Part shown: positions 12,228 to 24,792 of the stretch, one piece after another | Numbering within the stretch: position 1 is the stretch's first letter | Layout of the letters: each line of letters begins with the position of its first letter | NCBI GenBank assembly: GCA_964016885.1 | Contig: OZ024741.1 | Location: 186,496,001-186,560,000, forward strand | Direction of reading: 5' to 3' | Length of the DNA: 64,000 nt | Source: Eledone cirrhosa | Lineage: Eukaryota | The notes under the pieces: generated by a model | Databases searched by the model: none | What the model saw: only the letters and a program-made list of their open reading frames with translations | Told to the model about the DNA's origin: nothing | Position numbers and translations under genes: made by a program

Positions 12228-12420
12228 GCGTACTTGGACTCCATACTGCCGAGCTCCTCCGCAAGATCGGAACGTCCGCGGACCGTCTGTGAAAGAAGCC
12301 ACGTGAGGTAGGTGGCTGTTGCAGCGGATGTCACTGGCTATTGTCTGCAGGAATGCTTTTGCTGTCTTGTCCGTTGGGCACAGCCCCAATACCACCGCGC
12401 CCAATGCCCAAAGCCCATCA
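12228..12420 (-). mobile_element. 3' end fragment of an RTE-like LINE
   Basis: GC-rich island; degenerate ORF end (FLQTIASD...LAEELGSMESK) finishing in caagta, a tail unit common in RTE elements. Confidence 0.45.
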
Positions 12421-12583
12421 CCCTCCCCCTTCCTCTCCCCTATTCTTCTGTGACACTAGAGTCCTTGTCTTTTACTCCCTTTTTCGTTTTTATATTTTCT
12501 TATTTTACATTCCATCCTTTCTTCTCAATCTATATTTTTTTTCTTTTTCTATTAAATTGTTTTTACTATTATAAACATCAATA

Positions 12584-12799
12584 GGGCAGTTGATTGGCAA
12601 TATCAGTAGAGAGTCGGAGGACATGCTTTGCAGCATAGAGTTACTGCCCTTTATGATCTGAGTTCAAATCCCTCCGAGATTAACTTTGCCTTCCATCCTT
12701 ACGGGGTCGATGAAATAAAGTACAAGTCACGCACTGGCGTCGAGTTAGTCGACTGTCCCACCCCCCAAGATTGCTGGCCTTGTGCTCATATAAGAAACC
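12584..12799 (+). mobile_element. Full-length tRNA-derived SINE
   Basis: A-box-like tggcaatatcag, B-box gagttcaaatcc, core ttaactttgccttccatccttacggggtcgatgaaataaagtac; 19-bp TSD actattataaacatcaata at 12565-12583 and 12800-12818. Confidence 0.92.
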
Positions 12800-14060
12800 A
12801 CTATTATAAACATCAATAAAGAATGTATATAGCTTTAAAGAAATGTATTACTCTAAATGTTACACTTATAGTTACTCATTCAATATCCATTATGAATAGT
12901 TATTGTCATTTGTGCTTTAGAATATACACCTTCCGCATCAACACTCATTTACAGTTATTTTTCAAAACTAAACAATAGCTAAATATATATGAACGATTAT
13001 TCTTCTATTCTCTATCCTGAATTCTATCTTCGGTCGTTTGATTTTTGGCTTTTGAAAATGGTGGTGTTTTCATGTAGATATATTTAATGGTTTTGTATTA
13101 TGGCTTTCTGTATGTGGAAATATATATTTATAGAACAAAACACATATTCAGTCTTTGTTCACACCTTGTGGTTAAATAGGTCGCTTAGACGAACTAAAAT
13201 TGTAGTGTCTATTTACATGCGTATCTATTATGTATCGATTGTGTATATTTAAGCCTCGTAACTCATATTATTCCAGTATAACTTCTAAAGGTATTTGCCA
13301 CTACCTTTATAAGCAGTTGTTCTTTCTTCTAACATTTGTCAGTACATTGTCAATTTATATACAAATCACTCATGATTTTATTGACTGCTATATCTAGCTA
13401 AACTAAGAAATATATATCTGCCTCATGTGATGAAATGACACTGAAAGTTGTGGATGTCATAATGTATTATAAATAGTACACATTTCCTTTGTGTGGTATA
13501 TCAGATGCCCATTCTTCCTGTTTCTTTGGTCTGCAGTGATATAAATTTATAGCACAGACTATTTGTTGAGTTGTTGTGCACATGTTTTTCTATTTTAGAT
13601 TTTCCAGCAAGCATTTAAGCTTTACAAACACATATTCAACTAATAGTGCTTTTTGCGGATATTTTCCTTTATTTTCTCAAGGTGATAAATTATTTCTCAT
13701 TAATATAAACAGTGACCATTTCATGCCCTTCTTGCTATGTACAGAATTTATATAACAACCACTCATGTTGTTAACGACTGCTATATACTACGTAGTCAAA
13801 AGAGTGTTTAGTTGAACAGCGGCTGACGTCTATATACCGTGCGAGATAAGTTCGTCTAAATATTCCTTGCTCCATATTTGCTTTATGGTAAGGTTAAAAG
13901 TTATAACTCATATATCCTATTTAGATAATCAACATAGAGTTGTTGAGCACACTCTGTGATGAAATATCAAGCTTCGAGGAACTAAGACTGTGCTGCCTAA
14001 TTTCATGCGTATTTAACTATTGAGAGAAAGATGGGGGTGCAAAAAGAAAGAAGGAAATAG

Positions 14061-14107
<47 letters not shown>

Positions 14108-14351
14108 ATAAAGAGAGAGAATCAAGGAATCAGAGAGAAAAATTGCTGTATAGCGTTGGTATATGTAAACTTCAAGTACCTAGGCTTTGAATGTTGTTAG
14201 CAATCTACACTTAATCAGTTCATTTTCCTATAGTCGTAAATCATAATACACACACAGACACACAGACACACAGACACACACATACACGCACACACACACA
14301 CACAGACACACAGACACACAGACACACACATACACGCACATCCACACACAT

Positions 14352-14390
<39 letters not shown>

Positions 14391-14393
<3 letters not shown>

Positions 14394-14596
14394 CGAAGGA
14401 AGTGTGGTAAGGAACCAAATGGACCATAACGCACCAGAGTACTCAATACTTAGTAGAGTGTTAATAGGAAAATGTTTAACCCCGACGACAGCGCTCAAGC
14501 CGTTTCTTCGACGTCTATTGCTGGACCTAGCCTATTTCTGGATCGAAATAGCTGTCGAAACGGCTGAAGCTATGCCGTCGGGGTTACACATTTTCC

Positions 14597-14599
<3 letters not shown>
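14391..14599. mobile_element. Short fold-back element at a (TA)n/(CA)n boundary (family also at 20804-20921 and ~63120-63260)
   Basis: taggaaaatgtttaaccccgacg...cgtcggggttacacattttccta inverted arms plus a ~75-nt one-sided extension found in three places. Confidence 0.75.
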
Positions 14600-14657
<58 letters not shown>

Positions 14658-14712
14658 GCGCGCGTACACACACACACACACGCACACACCACACACACAC
14701 ATATATATATAT

Positions 14713-14907
14713 ATAAATATATTTAGTTATGTAATAAACAACATAAGATAATTATTTCATTTACCAGTGGTTTCTTGAAAGCAATTTTGGTTGCTTTCAG
14801 GAAACCACTGGCAAATGAAATAATTATCTTATAATACATAACTAATAAGCTCTGTAACCTACATAGAGCACTCTTTTTTCCTGGACCTTTCCGACGGAAT
14901 CACTTCA
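14713..14907. mobile_element. Internally deleted copy of the 20043-20367 HHR fold-back element
   Basis: Palindrome centred on the HHR stem II (ttgaaagcaa ttttgg ttgctttcag), lacking CTGATGA; same ~65-nt extension. Confidence 0.8.
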
Positions 14908-14925
14908 TTCATACACATATATATT

Positions 14926-14960
<35 letters not shown>

Positions 14961-14989
14961 CTGTGAGTGTGTGTGATATATATATATAA

Positions 14990-17745
14990 ATCAATGAAAG
15001 AATGTAGGTATTTGATATGAATTTTAATATGCTGAAATCACATCGATTACGGCTATTATTTTCCTGCGTTAACAAATTTATAACAATTAATGTAAATTTG
15101 ACACAACTTTTTATTTGTATACAACAACTACAACGGCACGCGATGGGGCACACCCACAGCCCCGGCGGACAGAATGGAGAAGGCGTTTCCCCGGAGGACG
15201 GCAAGGGAGACGCGCTGGAAAAGCCACTCCAACTCGCGGGGCTCACACATGCGGCTGGCCAGCTCAGCGCCTATGGTGGTGAGTAAGGAGGTAGCTCTGG
15301 GGCCGAGGACACCAGAAGTCTCCAGTGGCAGGGGTACGACCGCAAACGTGTCGGAGACCGACCGGTATTTGAGGAGTTTGGTCCCCTCAGCGCGACATGC
15401 AGCAGAACCTTGGTCAGTCGCAGACTGCACCAGGTTGCGGCCGCAGAAAGTGTCGGTGCAAGTGGCATCCCAGACGAGGGGTTTGCCACCGCGGAACGGC
15501 AAGATGGTCATTCCATCTGGCCTTTTGCCGTCCCCTCGATCCATCCCCATCGGCTCGAGCTGGGAAGGGAAGCCTTCAGAGTCCAATCCATGCTTAATGA
15601 CCTTGTTGAGGGCAACATGGCGTGGAATGTGGCCGGCACTGTGGCGACAGGAAAGCAGGTGGAGGCCGAAAGAGTCCACGGTGGAACTACAGCGACATTG
15701 GTGTGGTTGGAAGATCCGGAGGCCGAGCATTAGAGAAACGCCGATGCGCAGGCTATGGTTGTCTAGCTGCGTTCCAGTGGAGAAGAAGGGCAGGGCATGA
15801 AGCCAGGCACCTCTGTGGGGTTTGGAGGCTGCACGAAAACAAGCAAGGCTTTGCTGGTCGAGCTGGCGCGTGAGCCTGTCTGAGACCAGGCTGCACTGGA
15901 TGGCATCCCAAGTGCGTTGGGGACATTTGACGTCAACAGAGGGAGTAGGAGGAGAGACGTCTACTGGGTTAAATCCTAGCCGATCCCACGTCTCACATGC
16001 GGCCTCATGTTCTCTAAAGACAAAGGGATCTGATGTGTTTTGAAGAACCCTGCAGACAAGGACGAGGCACGAGGTTACGGACGAAAGATACGCCGGCAAA
16101 GCTAGTGAGATCGGGGACCGGAGGCCAAGGCCGCCATACCTGACAGGTAAAGTGGCCTGTCGCCACCCTATGTCGTCAAACTTACCATTGCATATCTCCT
16201 CGGCTGCTGCTCGGATACAAGTAACGAGGTCAGCGAGGAGAGATGTCTGGGTGTAGTATGGAGCGCTGCGGAGTGTATAGAGGAGCTTCGGCATGGCGAA
16301 GCAGTTCCTCAGCAGAAAGAGAGTTGGGTGGCCGTCAATCAAGCCCAGTCGGCTCGTGAGAGTCTGGAGCTGTTGAAGCCTGGACCTGATGGTGGAGCGG
16401 ATGGCCGGCGGGTGGATCGGTGACCCGAGGATGAGGACATCCTCTTTAGGGGTCACCTGAACCTGGCGGAGAATGGACCGCACGTCCAAGACGGAGGCTG
16501 CAAAGCTCGCAGCGTTGCGGTTGACATTCACCACCTCCAACTTGGCCGAGTTGACCTGGAGGTCGATTCCCGCCAGGGCAGGAACCACCGATTGACGGTC
16601 ATGTTAGACCGTCCGTACAAGATACCAAACGTTGAGAGGAGCTGTGACACTCCGGGCGGTGTGGTCAATACCAAGGGCGAAGAGGAGGGGTCCCAAAGAG
16701 TCACCCTGTTGGACCGCAGTAGCCGAGGATATAACCGTATCAGCATCAAGGAACATGCTCGGGGCTCCATATGACAGGAAGGCCAGCGGGTAGGCAGAGG
16801 GGTCTCGGCTGAGGCAGGCTTCGAGCAGATGAGCCCGGCGTAAATAGTTGAAGGCATTCCTCATGTCAAGCTTGAAAATGAGGCGCCTGGAGTCCCTGGG
16901 TGCCAGTTCCGATGAGCAGCTGTTGAAGATCTGCCTGGTTGCATGAGCGGCCCCCTCACAGCCACCGGACACGCCGACATCCAGTTGCACCGGACTAAAC
17001 TCCTCACCCAGTTCGTGTGTTATGGACTTGCAGATCACCTTGGCAGCCAGCCTCCGGAAGACATTGCCCACAGCAATGGGGCTTATGCCACCCTCTTTCT
17101 TCCTGAGAGCGGTAAGGCTGGCCGAAAAAAAGAGGCCTCGTGCGTAAGGGTCCAAGGCACCATGGATGAGCCTATTGGTGAGCGCCAGAATTGCACTCAG
17201 AAGGCGGCGCCCGGCGCAGCTGAGAGGGAGGTGTCAACTCCTTGAGGTGGCCTGGTCGGAGACCATCAACACCTCCGCAGCTGCTAGCTGGGAAGGACCT
17301 GGTGGCGGACATGATGTCTGCATCAGAAGCCATAAGCAGCAATGGGGGTCGGGTGGGAGTTTGGGTCTGAGATCAGTGGGTGGCTCAGGGTGTTTGAGTC
17401 GCAGAGCAGCCAGGACCTCCTCGGTGAGTTGGAGGACAGTGTCCTCTGAGGCAACAACTCTGACTGCGGCCGAGACATTACCCATGATAAGCTTGGCGTT
17501 TACCTGGTCACGTAAACGCTTGGCGCTGGCCTCGAGGAGGGAGGATAGGGGGTACCTGAGGGTGGGATGTGTGGCGTCCCTGAGCACGCTTGGAATGGGT
17601 GCTCGCCCAAAGGACAAGACATTGGCCTTGACGAAGGCTGCTGTTGACCGGCCGCCCCAGTCAGCGGCAGAGCTCGGGAGGCCAGGGCGAGTGGGGCGAA
17701 ATAGAACAGCCGCTCCCAGTCTCTGGCTCGATTGGAGTTTAGGGC
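14990..17745 (-). mobile_element. Degenerate CRE-clade non-LTR retrotransposon (RT + restriction-like endonuclease)
   Basis: GC-rich block with characteristic ORF motifs and an AT-rich 3' UTR ending at (TA)n. Confidence 0.85.
15128..17617 (-). pseudogene. Broken RT-zinc knuckle-RLE polyprotein (frames 17234-17617, 16604-17155, 15128-16588)
   Basis: PIAVGNVFRRLAAK, KLDMRNAFN, VQQGDSLGPLLF, WYL[DD lost], QATLPVRYGGLGL, CRC...H..SC...RH, KRPDG...LVWDAT..D, K..KY, FQRVSLAVLRGNA. Confidence 0.88.
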
Positions 17746-18135
17746 GCTCTCAATCTATTTAAATATGGTCTAAACATTATCAAGGTCTCCTTAGTAAATC
17801 TTTTAACATTGCAAAAGGTTTCTGATGTTGTAGAAAATGTTGTTATATCATCAAACTAACAGATTTAAACTCGCATATCATTTTTGATGTATGTCAACAA
17901 AAATAACAATATTATTCCTATCACAAGAAGAATTTATTTAATATTTTTTTAAAGCGTGGATGAATACATTTAGAAACTGCGCAGTTTCAGCGGTGAGGTA
18001 ATTCAAAATATTTTCACAAATATTTGTATTTGTACGGTCAGAAAGACATCATTTTTCAATGTCTTTCTAGATGTAGCATTTATTAAAAAAGTAATAATGT
18101 AAATAAAAAAAACATATAAATGTGTGTGTGTGAGT

Positions 18136-18178
<43 letters not shown>

Positions 18179-18231
18179 GGGGGGTGTATGGGTGTGTGTG
18201 TGTGTGTGTGCTTCATGTTTGTATTTGTTTT

Positions 18232-18615
18232 GCAAGATTTTATATCTGAAAACGTTTGTTGAAACAGACATTGTTATACTTTGGGAGGGTCAGGCTGCCA
18301 ATTAAAACACAGGCACCTGCAATTAATCATAGATTTCCAGTTGGTTAGTTTAATAAATAACTGGATGGATGTTTATTTGTTTATAAGCAAATATCTTTCG
18401 TCACACATTCTGTTTCCTCCCCAGTGACTAATTTGTGATTTTGTGTCACTCCATTGTCCTGTCCTACATTGTCTTGTTTTTGTGAGTTGTGACAATATAC
18501 ATATACACATACATCCGATTACAAAATTACCCAATTAGAAGTTTATAATAAATTGAAAACCAACAGATGGGTGTATGTTTATTGGCAGTATGACCCTCCC
18601 AAAGCATAACAATAT
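18232..18615. mobile_element. Non-autonomous PLE remnant made only of inverted pLTR ends (relative of 4498-8290)
   Basis: attgttatactttgggagggtca...tgaccctcccaaagcataacaatat inverted termini; decayed HHR near 18390-18430. Confidence 0.8.
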
Positions 18616-19245
18616 ATTTATGCACACACACACACACAGACACACGCACATATATATATGTTAGTGTATGTGGGGGGTAAATATTGCTTAATAAGTAAAT
18701 GAATTACTCATGCTGCCTGACAAAAGTATAGCTTAACCAAAGTGCTACATATAGTCACTACGAGAACCTAAAGTTAAATTCTACTAATATAAAATTTTAA
18801 AAGTTTGATTAGGAACACTAGCTTAAAAATTCAAGGCTAAGATATCGTCTAGACAAATCTATTCCCATTATGCGTCTATACGATTTCTGCTCCTAACAAA
18901 TAATTTTAGTAGAGTTAATTCTTTTTCGACCAAATGCACTGCTAATTTTAGCATTCCCGTTGGCCTGTCTATATCTTCATATTATTACATTCCTCGTCAT
19001 ATGTGTTCAAATCCTCTTTTGAATCTATGGTGACTAGTCTCATATAATGTTTAGTAAGATGAACATTCTACTGACGATTGGGTTTTTCATCGTATGGTTA
19101 CATCCATTTCTCTTTTCACCGATTGAGACAGGTGTATAGAATATTGAAATCTCGGTATTTTACTATCTATGATTGATCTTTGATTGCTCTCTGATTTTTC
19201 TTTGGTAATGCCTCTCTCTCTCTCTCTGTATATATATATATATAT

Positions 19246-19986
19246 AACGGAGCAAAGAACTCACGTATAATCCTGTAATTAAATGAGCTCAAAGGAAAGA
19301 GTTTTCCTGGGCACTTTAAAATACAATAAATAGAGGGGAAAGACACAGAAGAGTGTGTCTTACTTTACAGGAATTTCACACCACTAGCGTGAAGAGAATA
19401 TAAGCTAATAGAGGCATAGGAAAAACATTAAAATTAAAAGTATAAATTAAAATGAGAAACGAACCTCATACCTAGATCACACATGTACAAACTCACCAGG
19501 AGATTGTTTCGCCATTTAAGTGGGTTCAAATTCGGCCCCGTGGGGTCATCATCATTTTACTTGATATTTGCTCCTTGCGTTCTCTCTGCTGTCGAGCACC
19601 ATAAATTGAACAGTATTGACTGCCGTCTCTAGCAGCTTGTTCTGTTCATGCCACCGGTTCCTGCCTCGCGCACGTATTTCCCTTATATTTACACGTGCTA
19701 CAGGTGGTTTACTATGGTTCTCTCTCTCTAGTAGTGCGGACAATATCGGTCTCTTCACATGCTGATGACCCACAGGGCCGAATTGGAACCCACTTAAATG
19801 GCGAAACAATCTCCTGGTGAGTTTGTACATGTGTGATCTAGGTATGAGGTTGGTTTCTCATTTTAATTCATTCATTTAATTTTAATGTTTTTTCCTATGG
19901 CTCTATTAGCTTATATTCACTTCACGCTGGATGTGTGAAATTCCTGTAAAGGAAAACACACTCTTCTGTGTCTTTCCCCTCTATAT

Positions 19987-19993
<7 letters not shown>
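19246..19993. mobile_element. Non-coding fold-back element with HHR in each ~235-bp arm, inserted in (TA)n
   Basis: 19321-19555 is the reverse complement of 19759-19993; ~75-nt extension on the left; (TA)n on both sides. Confidence 0.85.
19756..19833 (+). ncRNA. Type I hammerhead ribozyme with an extra hairpin after A9
   Basis: cacatg-CTGATGA-[ccc aca gg]-gccgaattggaacccacttaaatggc-GAAA-caatctcctggtgagtttg-TA-catgtg. Confidence 0.7.
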
Positions 19994-20044
<51 letters not shown>

Positions 20045-20136
20045 AAGTAATTCCGTCGGAAAGGTCCAGGAAAAAAGAGTGCTCTATGTAGGTTACAGAG
20101 CTTAATAGTTATGTAATAAACAAAATAAGGCAATTA

Positions 20137-20197
20137 TTTCATTTACCAGTGGTTTCTTGAAAGCAAACAAATTTTGCATTCAATCATCAGAATGAAA
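20137..20197 (-). ncRNA. Type I hammerhead ribozyme (left arm)
   Basis: Reverse complement of the right-arm HHR with one stem II mismatch. Confidence 0.8.
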
Positions 20198-20278
20198 AAA
20201 TCCTAATGTATTTATTGACATTGGATTTTAAAAACCCAATGTTTTTAAAATCCACTGTAAATAAAAAGACCAGGATTT

Positions 20279-20339
20279 TTTCATTCTGATGATTGAAAGC
20301 AAAATTTGTTTGCTTTCAAGAAACCACTGGTAAATGAAA
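20279..20339 (+). ncRNA. Type I hammerhead ribozyme (right arm)
   Basis: tttcatt-CTGATGA-ttgaaagcaaa atttg tttgctttcaa-GAAA-ccactgg-TA-aatgaaa; perfect 7-bp stem I and 11-bp stem II. Confidence 0.88.
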
Positions 20340-20363
20340 TAATTGCCTTATGTTGTTTATTAC

Positions 20364-20401
<38 letters not shown>

Positions 20402-20730
20402 ATGGAAAACGACAATGTGGTTACATATATCTCGCCCATATTTTACCCTTGAACTTTTATGAATTTATATATATATTCATAAGAGACAGAAACAGTGAAT
20501 GATATATATATATAAATATTGATATAGACACGCACCAATATATATGTGTGTGTGCGTGTGGATGCACGCACGTACGTGTTGTTTTCGAGGGAATATAACG
20601 AATGCTGTTTATACGAAGTTGACTATCTGTTCATCTACTTTTAAGTATATCGCCTTGTAAATATAAGTACTTGAAAATGAAGGCTTGTTCCTATGCATAT
20701 AACATGTAGTTAAAATGAGTAAATATTTAC

Positions 20731-20793
<63 letters not shown>

Positions 20794-20803
20794 TATATAT
20801 ATA

Positions 20804-20919
20804 TAGGAAAATGTTTAACCCCAACAGAAGAGCTTTTTCCTATTACCCACACTACTACCCTAAGTATTGATTACTCTGGTGCGTTATGGTCCATTTGGTT
20901 CCTTACCACACTCCCTTCG

Positions 20920-20921
<2 letters not shown>
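20804..20921. mobile_element. Short copy of the 14391-14599 family between two (TA)n tracts
   Basis: taggaaaatgtttaacccc short arm, then ttttcctattaccc...ccttcgtta long arm. Confidence 0.75.
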
Positions 20922-20995
<74 letters not shown>

Positions 20996-21094
20996 TAGCG
21001 AGGTTTTTTATATGAAATCGTGTGTCGAAACAAATATTGTTATACTTGGGGAGGGTCATATTTGTGTAATATTGCCAGAATTAATAACAGAACA

Positions 21095-22624
21095 CTACCT
21101 AGACAGCCATGACCTTAGATGTTTCTGCCCTAGTAGACCTATAAGAGGTAGACCCCCCACCATAACCTCAATGGCAAAAAGACTCCCATGGGAAGGTGGA
21201 TTGGGTGGACCAAAGCTATACGGACCCCCCAAAACAATGATCAGGTAAGAAAAATGGTCGCACATGCAATAGGGGCTAGTATCAAATCTACCCTAAAGGG
21301 TCACATATTTAAGTTCAATGAGAAAATCTACACCCAAAATGAGGGAGCAGCCATCGGCGTCAGCATAGCTGGTGATGTTGCCAACCTTTTCATGGTATGG
21401 TGGGAAAGGAGACTTAAAGATCTCCTTAATGAAAGCTCCATAGACCTCATCATGTACTCTCGTTATGTAGACGATATCAATATAGTTATAAGAACAACCC
21501 CACTAGAGAGCACTAACAAGTTTGAATTAGAACGTAGCACGATGGAAAGCATCCAGCAGATAGCTAATTCCATACACCAGAGTATAACTGTAACTATCGA
21601 CTTCCCTTCCAAACACCCTAACAATAGACTACCTGTATTAGACACAGAACTCTGGATTAACACTATAGACGAGAGAGCCCAAATTCTCCACTCACACTAT
21701 GCTAAACCCATGGCCTCCAAATACCTGATACTCAAAAACTCAGCAATGTCCAGTAGTGCTAAGTTTAATATTCTGATCGCAGATTTGGTACGAGTGATGA
21801 AGAATGTGTCCAGCATGTGCGGCCCAACAGAAATGGAAAGACACATCCAACACTTCATCAACCGCATGCAGTTCTCTGGCTACAACCAAAGAGACAGAGT
21901 CAGAGTATACGAAGGAGCCATGGAAAAGTATAAGACCCTCATAGAACTGGACATGAAAGGAATTTGCCCACTATACAGGAGCAAATCATGGAATAGCTTA
22001 GATAGGGCTAGACATAAGATAGGGAAGGCCACATCATGGTACGACAACCAGAGATATCAGAGTGTCATGTTTGTGGACGCCACCCCTGGAGGGAAATTAG
22101 CTAACCAGTGTAGAAAGGCTATGAGAAAGACCCACTTAAAAATAAAGGTGGTAGAAAAGCCAGGAACCACCATAAAATCCCTGATCAGCAAAACCTACCC
22201 CTTTAAGAAAACCCACTGTACCAATAGGAAATGTATCATATGTAAGGTGAACCCCCGGATAAACTGTAAAACTAGAAACGTAGTCTATAGCATAAGATGT
22301 ACAGAGGGTACTTGCAGAAACATGACAACAACATACATAGGCGAAACAGCTCGTAGCATAGGTGAAAGGATAGACCAACACTGGGGGGGAACTAAAAGGA
22401 CGAAAAAACGGGTCAGTACTATACGAACATGCTAGACAACAACATGACGGTAACATAGACAACATAGAAATTAGAATAATATCTAAACATAGGAATGACC
22501 CAGCAGATAGGCAAATCAGAGAGGCCAGTGAAATAGAAATTAGAAGACCAAAGCTAAACAGAAAGAATGAGTGGAACAACAACAACACCCAAACAAACAA
22601 CACTGACCTAAGAGAAGTATAAAT
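21095..22624 (+). pseudogene. Partial PLE RT + GIY-YIG with frameshifts (main open frame 21188-22435)
   Basis: GAAIGVSIAGDVANLFMVWW, YSRYVDD, LPVLD, NVVY...YIGETARSIGER; clearly homologous to ORF 5006-6907; frameshifts near 21190 and 22390. Confidence 0.9.
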
Positions 22625-22891
22625 AAGTAAATAAAATTAAATAAAATAAGATAAATAAACACATGCACAAGCACAATAACAACAAGCACATAAACACACA
22701 CTAGTCACCCAGCAGACACAACACTATACACACTAGTCACACAGCAAACGTAACACTATACACACACGCAAACGCATGCGCAAAGAAGACAAAATAAAAT
22801 AAACAAACAAGCAAATAAATAAATAAATATATAGACAGACTGAATAAAAAATGGCGTAGACATACAACAAAACAGGAGGAAAAAATATAAC

Positions 22892-22933
22892 ACCACTGAC
22901 GATGTTGCAGATGTGCAACGAAAGATTTATGTA
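22892..22933 (+). ncRNA. Minimal hammerhead ribozyme (extra U after A9; stem I eroded)
   Basis: acca-CTGACGA-t-gttgca gatg tgcaac-GAAA-gatt-TA-tgta. Confidence 0.6.
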
Positions 22934-23185
22934 AATTATGTAAACTATATATATGTGTTTGTGTCTATATTGTATCTGTATTATTTTTGACCGTCGGTCA
23001 GTCAATGGCAACATTGAGGACCGATTAAGTTAGATCGCAGATATAAAAGACAGCGAGAAGCCAAAACCAACCAAACAGTGAGTGTGTTCTGTTATTAATT
23101 CTGGCAATATTACACAAATATGACCCTCCCCAAGTATAACAATATATATATATATATATATTTTTATATATATATATATATATAC

Positions 23186-23226
<41 letters not shown>

Positions 23227-23303
23227 TATAAGCAGAACAAGCAAAATTCAACCAATTTTTTAAAATAAATTAAAAAATATAATTTAAATATTTACCTATT
23301 CAT

Positions 23304-23390
23304 ATGGCTCTTACCGATCGGTTTCGCCTTGTAAAACACCAGAGACCCAATGGATTTCTAATGGAAAATCAAGGCTCATCAGAGAAGCAT
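23304..23390 (-). ncRNA. Type I hammerhead ribozyme, unit 1
   Basis: Reverse complement reads atgcttct-CTGATGA-gccttg...caaggc-GAAA-ccgatcgg-TA-agagccat; palindromic stem III ACCGAUCGGU. Confidence 0.88.
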
Positions 23391-23784
23391 TTTCCTTTCC
23401 TAGGGCTAAAGACCCAGGAACGATAAAATATATTGTTATCTGCCAGCTAGCACAGATCCAAAAGGCCGAAAAATGACCTGTACGTGAACTACCCGAGGTT
23501 AAAGCGGGAAAAACATAGACGTGTTGTCTATCTCGTTACTAAAAATAGCAGCTAAATAGAATCAACATGATTGTTCTCAACAAATGGAGGGTGATAGAAG
23601 AAATTAGTAAGCCCGTGGGTACTAAGTACCCCTGGAAATACATAGGTTGTCTATGATTTAAGGTTGTTCTATGGTATCAATTTGACATACCAGAACTATA
23701 ATATTAATATAAGCAGAACAAGCAAAATTCAACCAATTTTTTAAAATAAATTAAAAAATATAATTTAAATATTTACCTATTCAT

Positions 23785-23871
23785 ATGGCTCTTACCGATC
23801 GGTTTCGCCTTGTAAAACACCAGAGACCCAATGGATTTCTAATGGAAAATCAAGGCTCATCAGAGAAGCAT
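23785..23871 (-). ncRNA. Type I hammerhead ribozyme, unit 2
   Basis: Identical to unit 1, offset 481 bp. Confidence 0.88.
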
Positions 23872-24265
23872 TTTCCTTTCCTAGGGCTAAAGACCCAGGA
23901 ACGATAAAATATATTGTTATCTGCCAGCTAGCACAGATCCAAAAGGCCGAAAAATGACCTGTACGTGAACTACCCGAGGTTAAAGCGGGAAAAACATAGA
24001 CGTGTTGTCTATCTCGTTACTAAAAATAGCAGCTAAATAGAATCAACATGATTGTTCTCAACAAATGGAGGGTGATAGAAGAAATTAGTAAGCCCGTGGG
24101 TACTAAGTACCCCTGGAAATACATAGGTTGTCTATGATTTAAGGTTGTTCTATGGTATCAATTTGACATACCAGAACTATAATATTAATATAAGCAGAAC
24201 AAGCAAAATTCAACCAATTTTTTAAAATAAATTAAAAAATATAATTTAAATATTTACCTATTCAT

Positions 24266-24352
24266 ATGGCTCTTACCGATCGGTTTCGCCTTGTAAAATA
24301 CCAGAGACCCAATGGATTTCTAATGGAAAATCAAGGCTCATCAGAGAAGCAT
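24266..24352 (-). ncRNA. Type I hammerhead ribozyme, unit 3
   Basis: As unit 1 with one substitution inside the long stem II. Confidence 0.88.
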
Positions 24353-24792
24353 TTTCCTTTCCTAGGGCTAAAGACCCAGGAACGATAAAATATATTGTTA
24401 TCTGCCAGCTAGCACAGATCCAAAAGGCCGAAAAATGACCTGTACGTGAACTACCCGAGGTTAAAGCGGGAAAAACATAGACGTGTTGTCTATCTCGTTA
24501 CTAAAAATAGCAGCTAAATAGAATCAACATGATTGTTCTCAACAAATGGAGGGTGATAGAAGAAATTAGTAAGCCCGTGGGTACTAAGTACCCCTGGAAA
24601 TACATAGGTTGTCTATGATTTAAGGTTGTTCTATGGTATCAATTTGACATACCAGAACTATAATATTAATATAAGCAGAACAAGCAAAATTCAACCAATT
24701 TTTTAAAATAAATTAAAAAATATAATTTAAATATTTACCTATTCATATGGCTCTTACCAGGGGTACTTAGTACCCACGGGCTTACTAATTTC

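Larger units (their letters stand above)
20043..20367. mobile_element. Non-coding fold-back element with two hammerheads, inserted in (TA)n
   Basis: ~20109-20240 and ~20240-20367 are inverted arms; ~65-nt left extension. Confidence 0.88.
20992..23145 (+). mobile_element. 5'-truncated Penelope-like element (same clade as 4498-8290, different family) with short inverted pLTR
   Basis: 21035-21094 is the reverse complement of 23085-23145; RT and GIY-YIG frames; (TA)n on both sides. Confidence 0.93.

Noticed and set aside
19552-19830. 92-aa ORF inside the fold-back element
   Set aside because: Overlaps the antisense HHR arm and has no recognisable motif.
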